A stretch of 64,000 nucleotides of DNA from Eledone cirrhosa (taxonomy: Eukaryota). Below, in pieces: positions 15,301-28,979 of this stretch; position 1 is the stretch's first letter, and each line of letters starts with the position of its first letter. The position numbers and the translations under genes are program-made. The stretch is taken from the NCBI GenBank assembly GCA_964016885.1, contig OZ024740.1, positions 427,676,001-427,740,000 on the forward strand, read 5' to 3'. The notes beneath the pieces are model-generated. The model was given only the letters and a program-made list of their open reading frames with translations. It made no database searches and had not been told where the DNA came from.

Positions 15301-18018
15301 TCACTGTACCATAGTTATATAAATCTCTACCCTATCTCACTGTACCATAGTTATATAAAACTCTACCCTATCGCAGTGTACCATAGTTATATAAAACTCT
15401 ACCCTATCTCACTGTACCATAGTTGTATAAAACTCTACCCTATCTCACTGTACCATAGTTATATAAAACTCTACCCTATCTCACTGTACCATAGTTATAT
15501 AAATCTCTACCCTATCTCACTGTACCATAGTTATATAAAACTCTACACTATCTCAGTGTACCATAGTTATATAAAACTCTACCCTATCTCAGTGTACCAT
15601 AGTTATATAAACCTCTACCCTATCTCACTGTACCATAGTTATATAAAACTCTACACTATCTCACTGTACCATAGTTATATAAAACTTTACACTATCTCAG
15701 TGTACCATAGTTATATAAAACTCTACCCTATCTCAGTGCACCATAGTTATATAAAACTCTACCCTATCTCAGTGTACCATAGTTATATAAAACTCTACAC
15801 TATCTCAGTGTACCATAGTTATATAAAACTCTACCCTATCTCAGTGTACCATAGTTATATAAACCTCTACCCTATCTCACTGTACCATAGTTATATAAAA
15901 CTCTACACTATCTCACTGTACCATAGTTATATAAAACTCTACACTATCTCAGTGTACCATAGTTATATAAAACTCTACCCTATCTCAGTGCACCATAGTT
16001 ATATAAAACTCTACCCTATCTCAGTGTACCATAGTTATATAAAACTCTACCCTATCTCAGTGTACCATAGTTATATAAAACTCTACCCTATCTCACTGTA
16101 CCATAGTTATATAAAACTCTACCCTATCTCACTGTACCATAGTTATATAAAACTCTACCCTATCTCAGTGTACCATAGTTATATAAAACTCTACCCTATC
16201 TCACTGTACCATAGTTATATAAATCTCTACCCTATCTCACTGTACCATAGTTATATAAAACTCTACCCTATCTCAGTGTACCATAGTTATATAAAACACT
16301 ACCCTATCTCACTGTACCATAGTTGTATAAAGCTCTACCCTATCTCACTCTACCATAGTTATATAAAACTCTACCCTATCTCACTGTACCATAGTTATAT
16401 AAAACTCTACCATATCTCACTGTACCATAGTTATATAAAACTCTACCCTATCTCACTGTACCATAGTTATATAAAACTCTACCCTATCTCACTGTACCAT
16501 AGTTATATAAAACTCTACCCTATCTCAGTGCACCATAGTTATATAAAACTCTACACTATCTCAGTGTACCATAGTTATATAAAACTCTACCCTATCTCAG
16601 TGTACCATAGTTATATAAACCTCTACCGTATCTCACTGTACCATAGTTATATAAAACTCTACACTATCTCACTGTACCATAGTTATATAAAACTCTACAC
16701 TATCTCAGTGTACCATAGTTATATAAAACTCTACCCTATCTCAGTGCACCATAGTTATATAAAACTCTACCCTATCTCAGTGTACCATAGTTATATAAAA
16801 CTCTACCCTATCTCAGTGTACCATAGTTATATAAAACTCTACCCTATCTCACTGTACCATAGTTATATAAAACTCTACCCTATCTCACTGTACCATAGTT
16901 ATATAAAACTCTACCCTATCTCACTCTACCATAGTTATATAAAACTCTACCCTATCTCACTGTACCATAGTTATATAAAACTCTACCCTATCTCAGTGTA
17001 CCATAGTTATATAAAACTCTACCCTATCTCACTGTACCATAGTTATATAAATCTCTACCCTATCTCACTGTACCATAGTTATATAAAACTCTACCCTATC
17101 TCAGTGTACCATAGTTATATAAAACACTACCCTATCTCACTGTACCATAGTTGTATAAAGCTCTACCCTATCTCACTCTACCATAGTTATATAAAACTCT
17201 ACCCTATCTCACTGTACCATAGTTATATAAAACTCTACCATATCTCACTGTACCATAGTTATATAAAACTCTACCCTATCTCACTGTACCATAGTTATAT
17301 AAAACTCTACCCTATCTCACTGTACCATAGTTATATAAAACTCTACCCTATCTCAGTGCACCATAGTTATATAAAACTCTACACTATCTCAGTGTACCAT
17401 AGTTATATAAAACTCTACCCTATCTCAGTGTACCATAGTTATATAAACCTCTACCGTATCTCACTGTACCATAGTTATATAAAACTCTACACTATCTCAC
17501 TGTACCATAGTTATATAAAACTCTACCTTATCTCAGTGTACCATAGTTATATAAAACTCTACCCTATCTCACTGTACCATAGTTATATAAAACTCTACCC
17601 TATCTCACTGTACCATAGTTATATAAAACTCTACACTATCTCACTGTACCATAGTTATATAAAACTCTACCCTATCTCAGTGTTGTATAGTTATATAAAA
17701 CTCTACCCTATCTCACTTTACCATAGTTATATAAAACTCTACCCTCTCTCAGTGTTGTATAGTTATATAAAACTCTACCCTATCTCATTGTACCATAGTT
17801 ATATAAAACTCTACCCTATCTCACTGTACCATAGTTATATAAAACTCTACCCTATCTCACTGTACCATAGTTATATGAAACTCTACCCTATCTCAGTGCA
17901 CCATAGTTATATAAAACTCTACCCTATCTCAGTGTACCATAGTTATATAAAGCTCTACCCTATCTCAGTGTACCATAGTTATATAAAACTCTACTCTATC
18001 TCAGTGTACCATAGTTAT
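12331..18018. repeat. Higher-order tandem duplication of 79 monomers (2844 bp x2), each copy containing an internal 23-monomer (828 bp) duplication
   Basis: Markers at an exact 2844-bp offset: ATGAAA 12331/15175 and 15031/17875, TCGCAG 12529/15373, ACCGTA 13784/16628, TACTCT 15151/17995. Internal 828-bp offset: ACCGTA 13784/14612 and AAACAC 13454/14282. Confidence 0.9.
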
Positions 18019-19587
18019 ATAAAACTCTACCCTATCTCAGTGTACCATAGTTATATAAAACTCTACCCTATCTCACTGTACCATAGTTATATAAAACTCT
18101 ACCCTATCTCACTGTACCATAGTTATATAAAACTCTACCCTATCTCAGTGTACCATAGTTATATAAAACTCTACCCTATCTCACTGTACCATAGTTATAT
18201 AAATCTCTACCCTATCTCACTGTACCATAGTTATATAAAACTCTACCCTATCTCAGTGTACCATAGATATATAAAACTCTACCCTATCTCACTGTACCAT
18301 AGTTGTATAAAACTCTACCCTATCTCACTCTACCATAGTTATATAAAACTCTACCCTATCTCACTGTACCATAGTTATATAAAACTCTACCATATCTCAC
18401 TGTACCATAGTTATATAAAACTCTACCCTATCTCACTGTACCATAGTTATATAAAACTCTACCCTATCTCACTGTACCATAGTTATATAAAACTCTACCC
18501 TATCTCAGTGTATGTATAGGTATATAAAACTCTACCCTATCTCACTTTACCATAGTTATATAAACTCTACCCTATCTCAGTGTACCATAGTTATATAAAA
18601 CTCTACCCTATCTCACTGTACCATAGTTATATAAAACTCTACCCTATCTCACTGTACCATAGTTATATAAAACTCTACCCTATCTCAGTGTTGTATAGTT
18701 ATATAAAACTCTACCCTATCTCACTTTACCATAGTTATATAAAACTCTACCCTCTCTCAGTGTTGTATAGTTATATAAAACTCTACCCTATCTCAGTGTA
18801 CCATAGTTATATAAAACTCTACCCTATCTCAGTGTTGTATAGTTATATAAAACTCTACCCTATCTCACTCTACCATAGTTATATAAAACTCTACCCTCTC
18901 TCAGTGTACCATAGTTATATAAAACTCTACCCTATCTCACTGTACCATAGTTATATAAAACTCTACCCTATCTCAGTGTACCATAGTTATATAAAACTCT
19001 ACCCTATCTCACTGTACCATAGTTATATAAAACTCTACCCTATCTCAGTGCACCATAGTTATAGAAAACTCTACCCTATCTCAGTGTACCATAGTTATAT
19101 AAAACTCTACCCTATCTCAGTGTACCATAGTTATATAAAACTCTACCCTATCTCAGTTTTGTATAGTTATATAAAACTCTACCCTATCTCACTGTACCAT
19201 AGTTATATAAAACTCTACCCTATCTCACTGTACCATAGTTGTATAAAACTCTACCCTATCTCACTGTACCATAGTTATATAAAACTCTACCCTATCTCAC
19301 TGTACCATAGTTATATAAATCTCTACCCTATCTCACTGTACCATAGTTATATAAAACTCTACACTATCTCAGTGTACCATAGTTATATAAAACTCTACCC
19401 TATCTCAGTGTACCATAGTTATATAAACCTCCACCCTATCTCACTGTACCATAGTTATATAAAACTCTACACTATCTCACTGTACCATAGTTATATAAAA
19501 CTCTACCCTATCTCACTGTACCATAGTTATATAAAACTCTAACCTATCTCACTGTACCATAGTTATATAAAACTCTACCCTATCTCA

Positions 19588-22500
19588 GTGTACCATAGTT
19601 ATATAAAACTCTACCCTATCTCAGTGCACCATAGTTATATAAAACTCTACCCTATCTCAGTGTACCATAGTTATATAAAACTCTACCCTATCTCAGTGTT
19701 GTATAGTTATATAAAACTCTACACTATCTCACTGTACCATAGTTATATAAAACTCTACCCTATCTCAGTGCACCATAGTTATATAAAACTCTACCCTATC
19801 TCAGTGTACCATAGTTATATAAAACTCTACCCTATCTCAGTGAACCATAGTTATATAAAACTCTACCCTATCTCAGTGCACCATAGTTATATAAAACTCT
19901 ACCCTATCTCAGTGTACCATAGTTATATAAAACTCTACACTATCTCAGTGTACCATAGTTATATAAAACTCTACCCTATCTCAGTGTACCATAGTTATAT
20001 AAACCTCTACCCTATCTCACTGTACCATAGTTATATAAAACTCTACACTATCTCACTGTACCATAGTTATATAAAACTCTACACTATCTCACTGTACCAT
20101 AGTTATATAAAACTCTACACTATCTCAGTGTACCATAGTTATATAAAACTCTACCCTATCTCAGTGCACCATAGTTATATAAAACTCTACCCTATCTCAG
20201 TGTACCATAGTTATATAAAACTCTACACTATCTCAGTGTACCATAGTTATATAAAACTCTACCCTATCTCAGTGTACCATAGTTATATAAACCTCTACCC
20301 TATCTCACTGTACCATAGTTATATAAAACTCTACACTATCTCACTGTACCATAGTTATATAAAACTCTACACTATCTCAGTGTACCATAGTTATATAAAA
20401 CTCTACCCTATCTCAGTGCACCATAGTTATATAAAACTCTACCCTATCTCAGTGTACCATAGTTATATAAAACTCTACCCTATCTCAGTGTACCATAGTT
20501 ATATAAAACTCTACCCTATCTCACTGTACCATAGTTATATAAAACTCTACCCTATCTCACTGTACCATAGTTATATAAAACTCTACCCTATCTCAGTGTA
20601 CCATAGTTATATAAAACTCTACCCTATCTCACTGTACCATAGTTATATAAATCTCTACCCTATCTCACTGTACCATAGTTATATAAAACTCTACCCTATC
20701 TCAGTGTACCATAGTTATATAAAACTCTACCCTATCTCACTGTACCATAGTTGTATAAAACTCTACCCTATCTCACTCTACCATAGTTATATAAAACTCT
20801 ACACTATCTCACTGTACCATAGTTATATAAAACTCTACCATATCTCACTGTACCATAGTTATATAAAACTCTACCCTATCTCACTGTACCATAGTTATAT
20901 AAAACTCTACCCTATCTCAGTGTACCATAGTTATATAAAACTCTACCCTATCTCAGTGCACCATAGTTATATAAAACTCTACCCTATCTCAGTGTACCAT
21001 AGTTATATAAAACTCTACCCTATCTCAGTGTTGTATAGTTATATAAAACTCTACACTATCTCACTGTACCATAGTTATATAAAACTCTACCCTATCTCAG
21101 TGCACCATAGTTATATAAAACTCTACCCTATCTCAGTGTACCATAGTTATATAAAACTCTACCCTATCTCAGTGAACCATAGTTATATAAAACTCTACCC
21201 TATCTCAGTGCACCATAGTTATATAAAACTCTACCCTATCTCAGTGTACCATAGTTATATAAAACTCTACACTATCTCAGTGTACCATAGTTATATAAAA
21301 CTCTACCCTATCTCAGTGTACCATAGTTATATAAACCTCTACCCTATCTCACTGTACCATAGTTATATAAAACTCTACACTATCTCACTGTACCATAGTT
21401 ATATAAAACTCTACACTATCTCACTGTACCATAGTTATATAAAACTCTACACTATCTCAGTGTACCATAGTTATATAAAACTCTACCCTATCTCAGTGCA
21501 CCATAGTTATATAAAACTCTACCCTATCTCAGTGTACCATAGTTATATAAAACTCTACACTATCTCAGTGTACCATAGTTATATAAAACTCTACCCTATC
21601 TCAGTGTACCATAGTTATATAAACCTCTACCCTATCTCACTGTACCATAGTTATATAAAACTCTACACTATCTCACTGTACCATAGTTATATAAAACTCT
21701 ACACTATCTCAGTGTACCATAGTTATATAAAACTCTACCCTATCTCAGTGCACCATAGTTATATAAAACTCTACCCTATCTCAGTGTACCATAGTTATAT
21801 AAAACTCTACCCTATCTCAGTGTACCATAGTTATATAAAACTCTACCCTATCTCACTGTACCATAGTTATATAAAACTCTACCCTATCTCACTGTACCAT
21901 AGTTATATAAAACTCTACCCTATCTCAGTGTACCATAGTTATATAAAACTCTACCCTATCTCACTGTACCATAGTTATATAAATCTCTACCCTATCTCAC
22001 TGTACCATAGTTATATAAAACTCTACCCTATCTCAGTGTACCATAGTTATATAAAACTCTACCCTATCTCACTGTACCATAGTTGTATAAAACTCTACCC
22101 TATCTCACTCTACCATAGTTATATAAAACTCTACACTATCTCACTGTACCATAGTTATATAAAACTCTACCATATCTCACTGTACCATAGTTATATAAAA
22201 CTCTACCCTATCTCACTGTACCATAGTTATATAAAACTCTACCCTATCTCACTGTACCATAGTTATATAAAACTCTGCCCTATCTCAGTGTTGTATAGGT
22301 ATATAAAACTCTACCCTATCTCACTTTACCATAGTTATAGAAAACTCTACCCTATCTCAGTGTACCATAGTTATATAAAACTCTACCCTATCTCAGTGTA
22401 CCATAGTTATATAAAACTCTACCCTATCTCAGTTTTGTATAGTTATATAAAACTCTACCCTATCTCACTGTACCATAGTTATATAAAACTCTACCCTATC

Positions 22501-24195
22501 TCACTGTACCATAGTTGTATAAAACTCTACCCTATCTCACTGTACCATAGTTATATAAAACTCTACCCTATCTCACTGTACCATAGTTATATAAATCTCT
22601 ACCCTATCTCACTGTACCATAGTTATATAAAACTCTACACTATCTCAGTGTACCATAGTTATATAAAACTCTACCCTATCTCAGTGTACCATAGTTATAT
22701 AAACCTCCACCCTATCTCACTGTACCATAGTTATATAAAACTCTACACTATCTCACTGTACCATAGTTATATAAAACTCTACCCTATCTCACTGTACCAT
22801 AGTTATATAAAACTCTACCCTATCTCACTGTACCATAGTTATATAAAACTCTACCCTATCTCAGTGTACCATAGTTATATAAAACTCTACCCTATCTCAG
22901 TGCACCATAGTTATATAAAACTCTACCCTATCTCAGTGTACCATAGTTATATAAAACTCTACCCTATCTCAGTGTTGTATAGTTATATAAAACTCTACAC
23001 TATCTCACTGTACCATAGTTATATAAAACTCTACCCTATCTCAGTGCACCATAGTTATATAAAACTCTACCCTATCTCAGTGTACCATAGTTATATAAAA
23101 CTCTACCCTATCTCAGTGAACCATAGTTATATAAAACTCTACCCTATCTCAGTGCACCATAGTTATATAAAACTCTACCCTATCTCAGTGTACCATAGTT
23201 ATATAAAACTCTACACTATCTCAGTGTACCATAGTTATATAAAACTCTACCCTATCTCAGTGTACCATAGTTATATAAACCTCTACCCTATCTCACTGTA
23301 CCATAGTTATATAAAACTCTACACTATCTCACTGTACCATAGTTATATAAAACTCTACACTATCTCACTGTACCATAGTTATATAAAACTCTACACTATC
23401 TCAGTGTACCATAGTTATATAAAACTCTACCCTATCTCAGTGCACCATAGTTATATAAAACTCTACCCTATCTCAGTGTACCATAGTTATATAAAACTCT
23501 ACACTATCTCAGTGTACCATAGTTATATAAAACTCTACCCTATCTCAGTGTACCATAGTTATATAAACCTCTACCCTATCTCACTGTACCATAGTTATAT
23601 AAAACTCTACACTATCTCACTGTACCATAGTTATATAAAACTCTACACTATCTCAGTGTACCATAGTTATATAAAACTCTACCCTATCTCAGTGCACCAT
23701 AGTTATATAAAACTCTACCCTATCTCAGTGTACCATAGTTATATAAAACTCTACCCTATCTCAGTGTACCATAGTTATATAAAACTCTACCCTATCTCAC
23801 TGTACCATAGTTATATAAAACTCTACCCTATCTCACTGTACCATAGTTATATAAAACTCTACCCTATCTCAGTGTACCATAGTTATATAAAACTCTACCC
23901 TATCTCACTGTACCATAGTTATATAAATCTCTACCCTATCTCACTGTACCATAGTTATATAAAACTCTACCCTATCTCAGTGTACCATAGTTATATAAAA
24001 CTCTACCCTATCTCACTGTACCATAGTTGTATAAAACTCTACCCTATCTCACTCTACCATAGTTATATAAAACTCTACACTATCTCACTGTACCATAGTT
24101 ATATAAAACTCTACCATATCTCACTGTACCATAGTTATATAAAACTCTACCCTATCTCACTGTACCATAGTTATATAAAACTCTACCCTATCTCA
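19588..24195. repeat. Three copies of a 37-monomer (1332 bp) block; the third is separated by an extra 17 monomers
   Basis: The GTGAACC variant is at 19843, 21175 (+1332 = 37x36) and 23119 (+1944 = 54x36), with the same downstream variant order in each copy. Confidence 0.85.
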
Positions 24196-27100
24196 CTGTA
24201 CCATAGTTATATAAAACTCTACCCTATCTCAGTGTTGTATAGGTATATAAAACTCTACCCTATCTCACTTTACCATAGTTATATAAACTCTACCCTATCT
24301 CAGTGTACCATAGTTATATAAAACTCTACCCTATCTCACTGTACCATAGTTATATAAAACTCTACCCTATCTCACTGTACCATAGTTATATAAAACTCTA
24401 CACTATCTCACTGTACCATAGTTATATAAAACTCTACCCTATCTCAGTGTTGTATAGTTATATAAAACTCTACCCTATCTCACTTTACCATAGTTATATA
24501 AAACTCTACCCTCTCTCAGTGTTGTATAGTTATATAAAACTCTACCCTATCTCATTGTACCATAGTTATATAAAACTCTACCCTATCTCACTGTACCATA
24601 GTTATATAAAACTCTACCCTATCTCACTGTACCATAGTTATATGAAACTCTACCCTATCTCAGTGCACCATAGTTATATAAAACTCTACCCTATCTCAGT
24701 GTACCATAGTTATATAAAGCTCTACCCTATCTCAGTGTACCATAGTTATATAAAACTCTACCCTATCTCAGTGTACCATAGTTATATAAAACTCTACCCT
24801 ATCTCAGTGTACCATAGTTATATAAAACTCTACCCTATCTCACTGTACCATAGTTATATAAAACTCTACCCTATCTCACTGTACCATAGTTATATAAAAC
24901 TCTACCCTATCTCAGTGTACCATAGTTATATAAAACTCTACCCTATCTCACTGTACCATAGTTATATAAATCTCTACCCTATCTCACTGTACCATAGTTA
25001 TATAAAACTCTACCCTATCTCAGTGTACCATAGATATATAAAACTCTACCCTATCTCACTGTACCATAGTTGTATAAAACTCTACCCTATCTCACTCTAC
25101 CATAGTTATATAAAACTCTACCCTATCTCACTGTACCATAGTTATATAAAACTCTACCATATCTCACTGTACCATAGTTATATAAAACTCTACCCTATCT
25201 CACTGTACCATAGTTATATAAAACTCTACCCTATCTCACTGTACCATAGTTATATAAAACTCTACCCTATCTCAGTGTTGTATAGGTATATAAAACTCTA
25301 CCCTATCTCACTTTACCATAGTTATATAAACTCTACCCTATCTCAGTGTACCATAGTTATATAAAACTCTACCCTATCTCACTGTACCATAGTTATATAA
25401 AACTCTACCCTATCTCACTGTACCATAGTTATATAAAACTCTACCCTATCTCAGTGTACCATAGTTATATAAAACTCTACCCTATCTCACTGTACCATAG
25501 TTATATAAAACTCTACCCTATCTCACTGTACCATAGTTATATAAAACTCTACCCTATCTCAGTGTACCATAGTTATATAAAACTCTACCCTATCTCACTG
25601 TACCATAGTTATATAAATCTCTACCCTATCTCACTGTACCATAGTTATATAAAACTCTACCCTATCTCAGTGTACCATAGATATATAAAACTCTACCCTA
25701 TCTCACTGTACCATAGTTGTATAAAACTCTACCCTATCTCACTCTACCATAGTTATATAAAACTCTACCCTATCTCACTGTACCATAGTTATATAAAACT
25801 CTACCATATCTCACTGTACCATAGTTATATAAAACTCTACCCTATCTCACTGTACCATAGTTATATAAAACTCTACCCTATCTCACTGTACCATAGTTAT
25901 ATAAAACTCTACCCTATCTCAGTGTTGTATAGGTATATAAAACTCTACCCTATCTCACTTTACCATAGTTATATAAACTCTACCCTATCTCAGTGTACCA
26001 TAGTTATATAAAACTCTACCCTATCTCACTGTACCATAGTTATATAAAACTCTACCCTATCTCACTGTACCATAGTTATATAAAACTCTACCCTATCTCA
26101 GTGTTGTATAGTTATATAAAACTCTACCCTATCTCACTTTACCATAGTTATATAAAACTCTACCCTCTCTCAGTGTTGTATAGTTATATAAAACTCTACC
26201 CTATCTCAGTGTACCATAGTTATATAAAACTCTACCCTATCTCAGTGTTGTATAGTTATATAATACTCTACCCTATCTCACTCTACCATAGTTATATAAA
26301 ACTCTACCCTCTCTCAGTGTACCATAGTTATATAAAACTCTACCCTATCTCACTGTACCATAGTTATATAAAACTCTACCCTATCTCAGTGTACCATAGT
26401 TATATAAAACTCTACCCTATCTCACTGTACCATAGTTATATAAAACTCTACCCTATCTCAGTGCACCATAGTTATAGAAAACTCTACCCTATCTCAGTGT
26501 ACCATAGTTATATAAAACTCTACCCTATCTCAGTGTACCATAGTTATATAAAACTCTACCCTATCTCAGTTTTGTATAGTTATATAAAACTCTACCCTAT
26601 CTCACTGTACCATAGTTATATAAAACTCTACCCTATCTCACTGTACCATAGTTATATAAAACTCTACCCTATCTCACTGTACCATAGTTATATAAATCTC
26701 TACCCTATCTCACTGTACCATAGTTATATAAAACTCTACACTATCTCAGTGTACCATAGTTATATAAAACTCTACCCTATCTCAGTGTACCATAGTTATA
26801 TAAACCTCCACCCTATCTCACTGTACCATAGTTATATAAAACTCTACACTATCTCACTGTACCATAGTTATATAAAACTCTACCCTATCTCACTGTACCA
26901 TAGTTATATAAAACTCTACCCTATCTCACTGTACCATAGTTATATAAAACTCTACCCTATCTCAGTGTACCATAGTTATATAAAACTCTACCCTATCTCA
27001 GTGCACCATAGTTATATAAAACTCTACCCTATCTCAGTGTACCATAGTTATATAAAACTCTACCCTATCTCAGTGTTGTATAGTTATATAAAACTCTACA

Positions 27101-28979
27101 CTATCTCACTGTACCATAGTTATATAAAACTCTACCCTATCTCAGTGCACCATAGTTATATAAAACTCTACCCTATCTCAGTGTACCATAGTTATATAAA
27201 ACTCTACCCTATCTCAGTGAACCATAGTTATATAAAACTCTACCCTATCTCACTGTACCATAGTTATATAAGACTCTACCCTATCTCACTGTACCATAGT
27301 TATATAAAACTCTACCCTATCTCACTGTACCATAGTTATATAAAACTCTACCCTATCTCACTGTACCATAGTTATATAAATCTCTACCCTATCTCACTGT
27401 ACCATAGTTATATAAAACTCTACCCCATCTCAGTGTACCATAGTTATATAAAACTCTACCCTATCTCACTGTACCATAGTTGTATAAAACTCTACCCTAT
27501 CTCACTCTACCATAGTTATATAAAACTCTACCCTATCTCACTGTACCATAGTTATATAAAACTCTACCATATCTCACTGTACCATAGTTATATAAAACTC
27601 TACCCTATCTCACTGTACCATAGTTATATAAAACTCTACCCTATCTCACTGTACCATAGTTATATAAAACTCTACCCTATCTCAGTGTTGTATAGTTATA
27701 TAAAACTCTACCCTATCTCACTTTACCATAGTTATATAAACTCTACCCTATCTCAGTGTACCATAGTTATATAAAACTCTACCCTATCTCACTGTACCAT
27801 AGTTATATAAAACTCTACCCTATCTCACTGTACCATAGTTATATAAAACTCTACACTATCTCACTGTACCATAGTTATATAAAACTCTACCCTATCTCAG
27901 TGTTGTATAGTTATATAAAACTCTACCCTATCTCACTTTACCATAGTTATATAAAACTCTACCCTCTCTCAGTGTTGTATAGTTATATAAAACTCTACCC
28001 TATCTCACTGTACCATAGTTATAAAAAACTCTACCCAATCTCAGTGTACCATAGTTATATAAAACTCTACCCTCTCTCAGTGTTGTATAGTTATATAATA
28101 CTCTACCCTATCTCAGTGTACCATAGTTATATAAAACTCTACCCTATCTCAGTGTTGTATAGTTATATAAAACTCTACACTATCTCACTGTACCATAGTT
28201 ATATAAAACTCTACCCTATCTCAGTGCACCATAGTTATATAAAACTCTACCCTATCTCAGTGTACCATAGTTATATAAAACTCTACCCTATCTCAGTGTA
28301 CCATAGTTATATAAAACTCTACCCTATCTCACTGTACCATAGTTATATAAAACTCTACCCTATCTCACTGTACCATAGTTATATAAAACTCTACCCTATC
28401 TCAGTGTTGTATAGTTATATAAAACTCTACCCTATCTCACTGTACCATAGTTATATAAAACTCTACCCTATCTCACTGTACCATAGTTATATAAATCTCT
28501 ACCCTATCTCACTGTACCATAGTTATATAAAACTCTACCCTATCTCAGTGTACCATAGTTATATAAAACTCTACCCTATCTCACTGTACCATAGTTGTAT
28601 AAAACTCTACCCTATCTCACTCTACCATAGTTATATAAAACTCTACCCTATCTCACTGTACCATAGTTATATAAAACTCTACCATATCTCACTGTACCAT
28701 AGTTATATAAAACTCTACCCTATCTCACTGTACCATAGTTATATAAAACTCTACCCTATCTCACTGTACCATAGTTATATAAAACTCTACCCTATCTCAG
28801 TGTTGTATAGTTATATAAAACTCTACCCTATCTCACTTTACCATAGTTATATAAACTCTACCCTATCTCAGTGTACCATAGTTATATAAAACTCTACCCT
28901 ATCTCACTGTACCATAGTTATATAAAACTCTACCCTATCTCACTGTACCATAGTTATATAAAACTCTACCCTATCTCAC

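Noticed and set aside
12236-18516. Single-base insertions at ~12240 (CTATCCTCAC) and ~18512 (GTGTATGTATAGG)
   Set aside because: They are singletons absent from paralogous blocks and cannot be distinguished from sequencing or consensus errors.
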